From positions 1-40,358 of IMG/VR virus record IMGVR_UViG_3300005805_000183: a stretch of 40,358 bases of DNA, one strand, 5' to 3'. The position numbers and the translations under genes are program-made. The notes beneath the pieces are model-generated. The model saw only the letters and a list, made by a program, of their open reading frames with translations, was not told the DNA's origin and searched no databases. Position 1 is the stretch's first letter; every line of letters begins with the position of its first letter. This DNA is from a virus. Lineage: Duplodnaviria; Caudoviricetes. Below, one piece after another: positions 18,075 to 25,901 of this stretch.

Positions 18075-18960
18075 CATGGCAGGTTGAGATTACACCTTGC
18101 CCACAAGCACCTCGAGCATTATGTCGCACCTTGCGAGCGCGATTTCTCTCGACATCCACCAGGTCCTAACTGCGGTATCCCGGTCTGCTTGCAGCATCGC
18201 CGTTTAGAGTCAGGCAGTAGACTTGACGCTGTGTGCTACTCCATGCCTTGTTTCCCGTTGAGCTTCGGGCCCATTAGGTCTTGCGAACCACGAGACTTCT
18301 AGCATGAACAGATTTCACCTTGCGAGTTACGTCTGACTTGATTACCCGGAGGTTCAAGTATTAGATGCTTTTCGCACACAACCGAGGCAGACTTGGCTTT
18401 TTTGTAATCGATAGTGAGTGTCGAAACCCACAGCCGACTCCTTAGAAGGGAGTTGCTCTACCATTGAGCTATATCAAACCTACTGCGATGTGCTGCCTCA
18501 GTTGATCCATACGCTTTTGGCATACAGAATACAACACACCACGTTCCTTTGGCCTCGCGGGCTACTCAGACGTATTTCACGACCTCTGTGACCACGTGTG
18601 AAACGTGTCCCAAAGTCCGTTCATACTGCATACCAGCCCTTGGGAGCGACCCCTCGGACCCATACGCTACCCTTTCTCATACCAACTGACTGATTGGTTT
18701 TGCTGTGGGGTCGGCACCACCCGTTACTCTCTACATGCCCTGGTTCCCTTGCGGGCCAGTCGACATGCATTCTTTCCACAGCATCAGCTTTGCTGTTACA
18801 CCCACCGGTCTTGTCAGTGAGCGCCGCGTCGCCGCGGTGAGCAGGCTTGCTTGACCGGACTGTTTTATCAGCGCGGGCGTGTAGGACGCTGCCGCTTTGG
18901 GCCTGTCACCAGGCTTATCCTTCTCCTAGGCTTGCGCTTCGGAAGGAGATCAAACTCCCC
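18075..18960 (-). ncRNA. large structured ncRNA, GOLLD-like
   Basis: About 890 nt without a credible ORF, many GCAA/GCGA tetraloop hairpins, embedded tRNA, own promoter, inside a tRNA cluster. Confidence 0.7.
18406..18478 (-). tRNA. tRNA-Arg(TCT)-like element embedded in the large ncRNA
   Basis: TAGCTCAATGGTAGAGC D-arm, ACTCC-CTTCTAA-GGAGT, irregular T-loop, no CCA. Confidence 0.65.
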
Positions 18961-18974
18961 TAATTCGTTACAAT

Positions 18975-19032
18975 TGTTAAAGAACGTTTACTGCAATGTG
19001 TGTATAGTACACGGCCTGCCATTGCTAGTCAA
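18975..19032 (-). promoter_or_regulatory. sigma70 promoter plus boxA-like element
   Basis: TTGACT-17-TACTAT, then CGTTCTTTAACA. Confidence 0.65.
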
Positions 19033-19489
19033 CCGTGCGCTCTACCAAATTGTAAATTTTGGACACACAGTCCAGGAATTCGGGATCTTGACTGTAGGCG
19101 TATGTGCCTTGTGTGGCAGTTATCAAGATGTTGACTGCATGCTCTTGGCTGAAATCACGAGCCCAGTCATGCACCTGGTTCGAGATGGGTTGACCACAGT
19201 CAACCACACGTATGTACTCGTGTTGCTCGATCACGCGGTTTATCAGGATCACCCCGCTCTGGTCTGGTTTCAACCACTCAGGTATGATGGCTCGACGTTT
19301 CCACTCGCACTCAAAGGTACGGCAGGGATTGTGCGGTCGATTTTCATATATGAGGCACCCGCTGCTGCCGCGCCAACCGCAGGGTCGACCAGGACTGAAC
19401 CGATGCCCCCAGGCCTCGCCTGTGAGCCAGCCTTCACAACAGCGAGTGCAACCTGCGCAGCTTCTTGATCGAGTGCGTATTTCAAACAT
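19025..19489 (-). CDS. YkgJ-like CxxCxxCC cysteine-cluster protein
   Basis: CAGCTRCC...GCLIYENRP..CRTFEC. Confidence 0.8.
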   Translation of the reverse strand: MFEIRTRSRSCAGCTRCCEGWLTGEAWGHRFSPGRPCGWRGSSGCLIYENRPHNPCRTFECEWKRRAIIPEWLKPDQSGVILINRVIEQHEYIRVVDCGQPISNQVHDWARDFSQEHAVNILITATQGTYAYSQDPEFLDCVSKIYNLVERTVD

Positions 19490-19494
19490 GATAT

Positions 19495-19569
19495 TGGTGG
19501 AGGATAGCGGGTTCGAACCGCTGACTCAAGCGTGCAAGGCTAGTGTGTTCCCAACTATACCAATCCCCC
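19495..19569 (-). tRNA. tRNA-Ala(TGC)
   Basis: G3:U70, loop CTTGCAC, CCA. Confidence 0.9.
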
Positions 19570-19591
19570 ATGAATCTATTTACTCCCGATC

Positions 19592-19667
19592 TGGCCTCGC
19601 TGGAGAGATTCAAACTCCCGACCCGCTGGGTAGAAGCCAGCTGCTCTATTCACTGAGCTACAGCGAG
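19592..19667 (-). tRNA. tRNA-Arg(TCT)
   Basis: GCTGG-CTTCTAC-CCAGC, CCA. Confidence 0.93.
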
Positions 19668-19674
19668 ATGAATT

Positions 19675-19748
19675 TGGAGCGGGTAGCGAGAATCGAACTC
19701 GCAAATCAACTTTGGCAAAGTTGTAGGTTACCATTACATCATACCCGC
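19675..19748 (-). tRNA. tRNA-Gly(GCC)
   Basis: CAACT-TTGCCAA-AGTTG, U73, CCA. Confidence 0.93.
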
Positions 19749-19754
19749 ATCGTG

Positions 19755-19789
19755 ACCGGGATTGCACCGGTTACCGGGATTGCACCGGT
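19755..19789. repeat. 18-bp tandem duplication
   Basis: ACCGGGATTGCACCGGT twice; each copy is a T-arm-like hairpin on the minus strand. Confidence 0.8.
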
Positions 19790-19829
19790 CTCCACAGTAA
19801 TTTATCGTCTCTGTGTCAGGGACGTTTGA

Positions 19830-20312
19830 TTATGCGGCCCGATAGTTCAAGGCATGCTTGAGACGGTCGGCTGCATACGAAGCAGCAAAAGCGTCAGGCT
19901 TGACCATGGGGATCACATTGCACACACCCTTGATGTAGCCCACAGCCTGCTGGATCACACAGCTGGAACCAAACTGTTCGTCGGGGTTGATGTCCAAGTG
20001 AACTTCAACTTCACGACCTTCCAAGACATCGGCCAGCTGGAGATACAGCTCCGAGATCTTGTAGACCTCGGTCATGAGCCGGGTAGCAGGTCGATCACGA
20101 CGCTGATCATAATCACGTTCGGTGATGACTTCGCCAAACAGCTTGCAACCGTGATTGCCATCACGGTGCACCACCACGGCCAAAATGTAATCTGCGTACC
20201 AGGTGTCACGCACGCGATAGCGTTCACTGTCGCAGCCCAGATAGATCCGGGTTTCAGGCGATTGGGCTCGGATGAACTCAATCACTTCTGGTATGTTCAA
20301 CTTCATCTTCAT
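19830..20312 (-). CDS. RNase H-like YkuK (DUF458) family protein
   Basis: IYLGCDS, RLMTEV, EVHLDIN, KPDAFAASYAAD. Confidence 0.85.
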   Translation of the reverse strand: MKMKLNIPEVIEFIRAQSPETRIYLGCDSERYRVRDTWYADYILAVVVHRDGNHGCKLFGEVITERDYDQRRDRPATRLMTEVYKISELYLQLADVLEGREVEVHLDINPDEQFGSSCVIQQAVGYIKGVCNVIPMVKPDAFAASYAADRLKHALNYRAA

Positions 20313-20359
20313 GATTCACCTCGTGATTGAAAAAAACAGCTGATGTGCTGTGCGCGATT

Positions 20360-20447
20360 TGGTGGAGAGACGGGGACTCGAACCCCGAAGTCGTTTGCAC
20401 GACCGACAGATTAGCAATCTGCTCCAATACCATTATGGGACCTCTCC
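20360..20447 (-). tRNA. tRNA-Ser(GCT)
   Basis: Loop TTGCTAA, long variable arm, CCA. Confidence 0.93.
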
Positions 20448-20456
20448 ATGTGTGTT

Positions 20457-20620
20457 TGGTGTAAACAAAAGCGTCGGGGATTTGAACCCCGGCTCTGACC
20501 CTGACTTGGGTTACTCGGTCTGCAAACGTTTCATTCCTAATCTTGTGGGTAATGTGCCGCCACAACACTTACGCTACCTGTCCGACGATCTTGCAAGATC
20601 GCCGGACAGTTTTACACCAT
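20457..20620 (-). ncRNA. tRNA-like structured RNA
   Basis: TGGTGTAAA/TTTACACCA closing stem, GCAA-capped long hairpin, D-like and T-arm (CGGGGTTCAAATCCCCG) elements. Confidence 0.55.
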
Positions 20621-20690
20621 ATTAAAATGCATTGCCAATGACCGGTCAAGGGTCATGATAACCTGTTCTAATTGTATCTGATCAAATCTA

Positions 20691-21764
20691 TCACTGTGCT
20701 TTGAGAAAAAACCGGTCACTGAGTTGTCCATGGACTCGAGTTACTATTTCACGTCTAGGCGGACGATCTTGTATCCCATCATGCTCGACACTCATGAAAG
20801 CAGATGCAATTTTGAGTTTGGTGTCGCGGTAACAGCTATCCCCGGTGTAGTCCCAGATGTAATCTTTGGCTGGTTGTTTGTACTGTTCCCATCGTGCATA
20901 TTTCCGACTCTCGGGGTTGCACATACTCCAGTTTTGGAAATTCCAATTGTCGAAGAAACAACATGTCTGTCCAAGCAGCTCGGGACAGCCACTAAGAATA
21001 GCGGAATTATGTTTTATGTAGTCGTACTTGTGAGTAAAGTTCATCCACCAAAAGATGTCAGCGATGCTTTTTACTGGTGCCGGAAATTTTGCCACTTGGT
21101 CAGTGATGTAGTCTGCCACACATTCTCTGTGGCCGGGTTTCACACGTTTATGGAAAAACTCAAGGTCAAATAGACATCTCCAGGGACTATCAGGGGCTAT
21201 GGGCAGATCTGCCAAGGCTTTGTTTCCCCAGAGTTGGTCTCCACAATTGCCGTCCAGTAGAAAAAGATCTGGATCAAACAGATCTGACGACCAAAGTTCC
21301 CATCCATGCCGCACAACACAGTCGGCGTCTTGAAGGTATTGTTGGTAAAACCAAGGATATTCTACATCTATGGCATATCTAGAAGTGTATATCTTCAGCT
21401 GCTGCAACCACTTCGGGTTGGCTTTCATGAGAGCTACTAGAATAGTGGTGGAATCAATTCCACCAGACCACCAAAGTGCCACTGTTCGATTCTGGGCTCG
21501 ATACCATATGTCAGCAGCCATTTGATCGCAAGTCTGCGCAAAATCTAGATCAGACTTGATGTCGGTTGGTAACGGTGAACGATCAAAATCAAACACAAAA
21601 TCATGGTTGCGGTTGATTGGCCCTGGCACATCGACCATCCTCCCCACAGCAAACAGAGCCACTAGATCTGAAATTTCGCTGCTGCCCGGATGCCACCGGC
21701 CCGACCACATGGCCATGGTCAACATTTTTTGTTGAACTGTCTGACTCGTGTAGTAGATTATCAT
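20691..21764 (-). CDS. PP-loop family protein
   Basis: WWSGGIDST, GNCGDQLWG, YKQPAKD; paralogue of 10320-11414. Confidence 0.7.
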   Translation of the reverse strand: MIIYYTSQTVQQKMLTMAMWSGRWHPGSSEISDLVALFAVGRMVDVPGPINRNHDFVFDFDRSPLPTDIKSDLDFAQTCDQMAADIWYRAQNRTVALWWSGGIDSTTILVALMKANPKWLQQLKIYTSRYAIDVEYPWFYQQYLQDADCVVRHGWELWSSDLFDPDLFLLDGNCGDQLWGNKALADLPIAPDSPWRCLFDLEFFHKRVKPGHRECVADYITDQVAKFPAPVKSIADIFWWMNFTHKYDYIKHNSAILSGCPELLGQTCCFFDNWNFQNWSMCNPESRKYARWEQYKQPAKDYIWDYTGDSCYRDTKLKIASAFMSVEHDGIQDRPPRREIVTRVHGQLSDRFFLKAQ

Positions 21765-21769
21765 ACCTT

Positions 21770-21862
21770 TATTTATAGACTCACTGACATCCTGTCAAGA
21801 CTTGAACTCTAGATTTGAGAAACATTCTGAGTCATATGTTCTTGATAACTTTGGTATAAATA
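21770..21862. promoter_or_regulatory. divergent pair of T4-like late promoters
   Basis: Perfect TATAAATA on minus (21770-21777) and on plus (21855-21862). Confidence 0.65.
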
Positions 21863-21881
21863 TGACTATAGGAGAAACATT

Positions 21882-22178
21882 ATGTTTGAGTTAGTGTACC
21901 ACACTCAATGGCCAGCTGGAGTATTGCCGTTTGCTGAAGTAGATCCTGACACTTTTGCAATATTTGCAGAGTGGCGCCGAACTTTTCCTGGATTGATTTC
22001 TTTTCAGGCCACCCGACCTAATGAGCTCAGTTTAAACGGTTACCATCGCTTTGACAGCGAAGAATCGTGTTCAGAGTTTGAAGAGGCCTTGTTAACTCAA
22101 CCGCAACGTGTTATTCAATCGAATTATGAACATACAGTAGGACTCACAAGAACAGTCATGTTTCGTGGTCCTATCTGA
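21882..22178 (+). CDS. hypothetical protein
   Basis: AGGAG SD, 98 aa. Confidence 0.7.
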   Translation: MFELVYHTQWPAGVLPFAEVDPDTFAIFAEWRRTFPGLISFQATRPNELSLNGYHRFDSEESCSEFEEALLTQPQRVIQSNYEHTVGLTRTVMFRGPI

Positions 22179-22227
22179 CATGGGGTTGACCAAAGCGATC
22201 TAGGATTCAACCAGCTGTGCTTCAATT

Positions 22228-22304
22228 TGGTGCCCCAGAGGAGACTCGAACTCCTAAAATTTACGTTCTAAGCGTAACACGTATACCAATTCCGTCACCG
22301 GGGC
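22228..22304 (-). tRNA. tRNA-Leu(TAG), short variable arm
   Basis: TTACG-CTTAGAA-CGTAA, CCA. Confidence 0.92.
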
Positions 22305-22311
22305 ATTTGAC

Positions 22312-22385
22312 TGGAGCGGGATAGGAGAATCGAACTCCTAATGTCTGCTTGGAAGGCAGTGGTTTTACCATTAAACTAATCCCGC
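22312..22385 (-). tRNA. tRNA-Gly(TCC)
   Basis: Loop CTTCCAA, U73, CCA. Confidence 0.93.
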
Positions 22386-22404
22386 AAAAACATATATTTT
22401 TGAT

Positions 22405-22462
22405 TGTAAAAGAGCTGTACTGACTATCGAGCCAGTATAACGTGATTGACTTTACTGGTCAA
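22405..22462 (-). promoter_or_regulatory. sigma70 promoter plus boxA-like element
   Basis: TTGACC-17-TATACT, then AGCTCTTTTACA. Confidence 0.65.
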
Positions 22463-22470
22463 CCTAATTT

Positions 22471-22548
22471 TGGCGACACGTATGGGATTCGACCCCATGA
22501 TTTCCACCGTGACAGGGTGGCGTATTAGGCCATCTATACTAACGTGCC
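22471..22548 (-). tRNA. tRNA-Asp(GTC)
   Basis: CCACC-CTGTCAC-GGTGG, G73, CCA. Confidence 0.92.
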
Positions 22549-22554
22549 CAGGGT

Positions 22555-22631
22555 TGGTTGCGGGAAACAGGAGTCGAACCTGATGTCTTCAGCTTATGAG
22601 ACTGACGAGTAAACCGTTTCTCTCTCCCGCT
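22555..22631 (-). tRNA. tRNA-Met(CAT), initiator-like
   Basis: Loop CTCATAA, 1:72 mismatch, CCCGCAACCA end. Confidence 0.88.
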
Positions 22632-22666
22632 ATTGTTCTGACAGTTTTGCTACCAAATGTTATTTG

Positions 22667-22748
22667 CTCCACGCCTTGGTGTCGAACCAAGCTGGATCTT
22701 TCGATCACGGATTAACAGTCCGGTGCCACACCCCGCGGCTCGCGTGGA
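22667..22748 (-). tRNA. tRNA-Asn(GTT) with long variable arm, no encoded CCA
   Basis: Loop CTGTTAA, GATCGAAAGATC extra arm, nested in a 20-bp inverted repeat. Confidence 0.8.
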
Positions 22749-22807
22749 GCAAATAACATTTAATCTTCAGTAACTAAATTTGCAATCCCGGCCACAGGCT
22801 GTGTTGG

Positions 22808-23557
22808 TTATCGCTTTTTCCAGACAGCATACAATCCAGTTTTAAAATCGGCTATCTTTTCAGCGCCCCAGCCATGATAAATTCGGCTCAGTTGGGTCTT
22901 GATCAGGGCTTCCAGTTCTCGACCAGTTCTGCCTGGTTGCACATCAAATGCAAATACTCGGCGACTACGGGGTCGGACACTGCCCGCGAGTCCCAGGTAA
23001 TCAGCTCCCAGTTTGCCCATGATGATGTCAGTGATCCTGTTAGTATTCAGATCCCAATCTTCTATGGACAAAAATCCACGCACCTGAACACCGGGCATGT
23101 TGGCCAGACTCACCCAGTTGCGTCGACCGCCGGGTGTTTGACCCCATCCAGCTACCAAGGTCCGGCCAAGATTCTTTAATGCTATGGTGTAGAGTGCTCG
23201 AGCAATGCCCTGCCCACGATAGTCTTCGTCTACCGTGATGACACCAACTTCAAGTGCACGGGGATCTGGGAATATATTATCAGCTAATTCTAGAGTCAAG
23301 AAACCAATGGCCTGCGGTTGTTGAGGTCGAGCTTCGGGGCCCTGTGGATCCCACATCATGATACGCAACTCTCTACCTTGTTTCACGGTGTTATATAACA
23401 GTCTGGTGCCAGCAACACGAGTCAAGCCTCGGGGTCGACGGCCCGATGATACATAGTCGTAGATAGCTGCTTTGCCTCCAGGATACTCACCGGGGCTCAG
23501 TCTTTCAATCTCGTCTAGGGGCTGTTCTAGTTCAGGAATAAATTCACGAGTTCTCAT
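22808..23557 (-). CDS. GNAT-family acetyltransferase-like protein
   Basis: VDEDYRGQGIARALY acetyl-CoA motif; start MRTREF, since the longer ORF runs over tRNAs. Confidence 0.75.
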   Translation of the reverse strand: MRTREFIPELEQPLDEIERLSPGEYPGGKAAIYDYVSSGRRPRGLTRVAGTRLLYNTVKQGRELRIMMWDPQGPEARPQQPQAIGFLTLELADNIFPDPRALEVGVITVDEDYRGQGIARALYTIALKNLGRTLVAGWGQTPGGRRNWVSLANMPGVQVRGFLSIEDWDLNTNRITDIIMGKLGADYLGLAGSVRPRSRRVFAFDVQPGRTGRELEALIKTQLSRIYHGWGAEKIADFKTGLYAVWKKR

Positions 23558-23596
23558 GAACGTATTTATTCTCGACCGCTGCTCGGTACAGGCACT

Positions 23597-23687
23597 TGGT
23601 GGAGAATAAAGGAATCGAACCCTCAGCCCTACCGAGGTGCTGGCCGGGCTTTCGAAACCCGTCGCCCACCATTGGGCGCTATTCTCC
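23597..23687 (-). tRNA. tRNA-Ser(CGA), 8/4-type fold
   Basis: GGAGAATA/TATTCTCC acceptor, GCCCA-ATGG-TGGGC D-arm, loop TTCGAAA, long variable arm. Confidence 0.8.
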
Positions 23688-23692
23688 GTATA

Positions 23693-23730
23693 TGGAGCCG
23701 GCACAGGGATGCACCTGCGGATCATCCGGC
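23693..23730 (-). ncRNA. tRNA minihelix-like element
   Basis: GCCGG/CCGGC acceptor, T-arm-like hairpin, T-CCA; no D or anticodon arm. Confidence 0.5.
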
Positions 23731-23736
23731 ATTGAC

Positions 23737-23808
23737 TGGCGGGGGCGGTAGGAGTTGAACCTACTCCGTGCTGCCTCAGAAGCAGACGTGACTCCGAGTC
23801 TCGCCCCA
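23737..23808 (-). tRNA. tRNA-Gln(CTG)
   Basis: Loop TTCTGAG, tiny D-arm, CCA. Confidence 0.8.
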
Positions 23809-23816
23809 ATTGAGCT

Positions 23817-23906
23817 TGGTGGAGAGTGAGGGATTCGAACCCCCGGTACCTTGCGGTACGTCACCTTTCCAAGATGATGCAATAGGCCGGGCTCTGCCAA
23901 CTCTCC
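23817..23906 (-). tRNA. tRNA-Ser(GGA)
   Basis: Loop TTGGAAA, long variable arm, CCA. Confidence 0.93.
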
Positions 23907-23952
23907 AGGAACGCTAGAGGCTTGGCCGTTTAATGGGCAGCATTGCGTTATT

Positions 23953-24046
23953 TGGTGGAAGCGGTGAGATTTGAACTCACGGGACATATCGCTACGTCCG
24001 TCTGATTTCAAGTCAGGTGCATTAAACCGGGCTCTGCCACACTTCC
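23953..24046 (-). tRNA. tRNA-Ser(TGA)
   Basis: Loop CTTGAAA, long variable arm, CCA. Confidence 0.93.
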
Positions 24047-24051
24047 ATATC

Positions 24052-24125
24052 TGGTGCTCTCAGCAAGAATCGAACTTGCAATACATCCTTACCAAGGATG
24101 CGTTATACCACTTAACTATGAGAGC
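24052..24125 (-). tRNA. tRNA-Thr(GGT)
   Basis: CATCC-TTGGTAA-GGATG, CCA. Confidence 0.93.
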
Positions 24126-24199
24126 ATGAAACTCTCGGGCAGCTCGCACACTGCCCTTCCCTACCAGTAACAGTGTGCGAGATTACTTATAGGAGCATC

Positions 24200-24277
24200 T
24201 GGTGGTGGTCACTGGAATCGAACCAGTCCCATTGTTCCTTATGAGGGAACCGCACAGACCATCTATGCTAGACCACC
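24200..24277 (-). tRNA. tRNA-Met or Ile2 (CAT)
   Basis: GTTCC-CTCATAA-GGAAC, CCA. Confidence 0.88.
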
Positions 24278-24283
24278 CATCTG

Positions 24284-24358
24284 TGGTTGGCCGCCGGGGT
24301 ATCGAACCCCATTCTTCCGGGTAAGAGCCGGATGCATCACCTTTTATGCTTGCAGCCA
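24284..24358 (-). tRNA. tRNA-Lys(CTT)
   Basis: TCCGG-CTCTTAC-CCGGA, CCA. Confidence 0.88.
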
Positions 24359-24367
24359 GTTGTGATA

Positions 24368-24443
24368 TGGTGGACCCAGTGGGAATCAAACCCACCGCAG
24401 CAAAGGTGCAAACCTCGCTCGCCCTCTTGGTACATGCGGGCCC
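24368..24443 (-). tRNA. tRNA-Ala(TGC), degenerate D-arm
   Basis: G3:U70, loop TTTGCAC, CCA. Confidence 0.7.
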
Positions 24444-24449
24444 GGTGTT

Positions 24450-24524
24450 TGGTAGTCGGTATTGGTATCGAACCAATCTCTGAGCCTTATCAAGACTCTG
24501 CTAATCCATCTCAGCTAACCGACC
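24450..24524 (-). tRNA. tRNA-Ile(GAT)
   Basis: Loop TTGATAA, CCA. Confidence 0.9.
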
Positions 24525-24531
24525 AATGTCA

Positions 24532-24609
24532 TGGAGCAACGGGCGTGATTCGAACACGCGGTTTTAGGGATTTGCAGTCCCTTGCATTGGGCCTCTCTGC
24601 CACCGTTGC
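24532..24609 (-). tRNA. tRNA-Cys(GCA)
   Basis: AGGGA-CTGCAAA-TCCCT, U73, CCA. Confidence 0.92.
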
Positions 24610-24615
24610 ATTGTT

Positions 24616-24691
24616 TGGTTGGAGGTACCGGGATCGAACCGATGACATCCGGTGTGTAAAACCGGTGCTCTACCAACTGAGCTAACCTCCA
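24616..24691 (-). tRNA. tRNA-Val(TAC)
   Basis: CCGGT-TTTACAC-ACCGG, CCA. Confidence 0.93.
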
Positions 24692-24700
24692 TTTGAATCT

Positions 24701-24778
24701 TGGCGTCCCCAGAAGGATTTGAACCTCCGGCCCCTGCATTCGTAGTGCAGTGCTCTAAGTCCACTGAGCTATGGGGAC
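24701..24778 (-). tRNA. tRNA-Arg(ACG)
   Basis: CTGCA-CTACGAA-TGCAG, CCA. Confidence 0.93.
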
Positions 24779-24789
24779 ATGTTGCTATA

Positions 24790-25197
24790 TTAGTCTACTA
24801 TCGAATTTTCGTCAACCACTTCCACGCTCACGCTTTCGCTGTAGTATCCATTGCTGCTACCGTACCAGCGAACTGTGACTGCTCCGCGACGCGTGGCGAA
24901 TCGATAAAAGGTCCAAGTGTAGCTTTCTTCACCGGTATCAGGACCAGTATAGCCCGACACCTGCTCGGCCTCAGTCAATGGCTCGCCCACCAGGTCGTTG
25001 ATATCGCCGCAGACATCTTCAATGTAGACAGATTCGCAGCAGCTCTGCGCGTGGTAGAACCTTACATAGTGCTCGTCGGTAAGATGCAGGCGCAGTTCAT
25101 CATCGCTCTGTTTTACCCTGCACAGGATACGTCCCACCAGGTCTTGGAACTCCAGCACCGGACCCTGCAGTGAATTGAAAGTCTGGATTGAATCCAT
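24790..25197 (-). CDS. conserved phage hypothetical protein
   Basis: AAGGAG SD; YHAQSCCESVYIED...YTWTFY...WYGSSNGYYSE. Confidence 0.8.
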   Translation of the reverse strand: MDSIQTFNSLQGPVLEFQDLVGRILCRVKQSDDELRLHLTDEHYVRFYHAQSCCESVYIEDVCGDINDLVGEPLTEAEQVSGYTGPDTGEESYTWTFYRFATRRGAVTVRWYGSSNGYYSESVSVEVVDENSIVD

Positions 25198-25207
25198 GCG
25201 ATCTCCT

Positions 25208-25283
25208 TGGCGTCCTGTAGGGGATTTGAACCCCTGTACTCACCGTGAAAGGGTGATGTCCTAGGCCTCTAGACGAACAGGAC
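25208..25283 (-). tRNA. tRNA-Glu(TTC)
   Basis: TCACC-CTTTCAC-GGTGA, CCA. Confidence 0.93.
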
Positions 25284-25290
25284 CATGTAG

Positions 25291-25327
25291 TGGTGCCGCC
25301 TCCTGGGATCAAACCAGGTTCCTCGGC
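25291..25327 (-). pseudogene. tRNA fragment or minihelix
   Basis: GCCG...CCTGG-TTTGATC-CCAGG-AGGCGGC-A-CCA. Confidence 0.55.
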
Positions 25328-25333
25328 AATATC

Positions 25334-25411
25334 TGGTAGAGGGTCCAGGGATCGAACCTGGTTCTACTGCTCTTCAGGCAGTCGCTGAATCACCAGACTA
25401 GCTCACCCTCT
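25334..25411 (-). tRNA. tRNA-Phe(GAA)
   Basis: ACTGC-CTGAAGA-GCAGT, CCA. Confidence 0.9.
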
Positions 25412-25446
25412 AGTAACTTTTTATATTGTTCTTTTTCGACGATTTG

Positions 25447-25734
25447 TGGTGCCCCGAGCCGGACTCGAACCGGCATGCCTTTGCAAGCGAGGGATTTTCT
25501 TACCACTACGGCTTTCGCCGCCTTTCGTTTGTGGTCTGGACTATACCTTCACCGTTGCTTACGCTTTAGGTGCTCGCCGTCTAGTCTCTACACGTTCCTA
25601 ATATTTCTATTAGGCTTCGCTCGGTATTAGCAGTTAAGCCTTCACCGAATTTGACGAGTTCTACTCCTACCGTTTCCAGTAGGGCACTCAAATTATGTTC
25701 AAGTCCCTTATGTATACCATTTCATCACCGGGGC
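25447..25734 (-). tRNA. tRNA-Leu(TAA) split by a group I intron
   Basis: Exon 1 25734-25701 ends AGGGACTT; exon 2 25498-25447 begins AAAATCCCT; spliced loop CT-TAA-AA. Confidence 0.92.
25499..25700 (-). mobile_element. group I self-splicing intron (about 202 nt)
   Basis: P AATTCGGTGAA, Q AATACCGAGC, R GTAGAGACTAGA, S GAAGGTATAGTCC; follows U34 and ends in G. Confidence 0.92.
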
Positions 25735-25738
25735 AAAA

Positions 25739-25814
25739 TGGTGCTGGAGAGAGGAATCGAACCCCCGACATCCTGATTACAAATCAGGCGCTCTACCGAC
25801 TGAGCTACTCCAGC
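25739..25814 (-). tRNA. tRNA-Thr(TGT)
   Basis: CCTGA-TTTGTAA-TCAGG, CCA. Confidence 0.95.
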
Positions 25815-25821
25815 ATGTGCA

Positions 25822-25895
25822 TGGCGACGGTGCAGGGAGTCGAACCCCGGCTTACGGTTTTGGAGACCGCAGTGCTACCGTAACACTTCACCGTC
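25822..25895 (-). tRNA. tRNA-Trp(CCA)
   Basis: Loop CTCCAAA, G73, CCA. Confidence 0.92.
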
Positions 25896-25901
25896 ATAAT
25901 T

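Noticed and set aside
18851-19829. Two 205-aa plus-strand ORFs
   Set aside because: Antisense to the CxxCxxCC gene, tRNAs and the large ncRNA.
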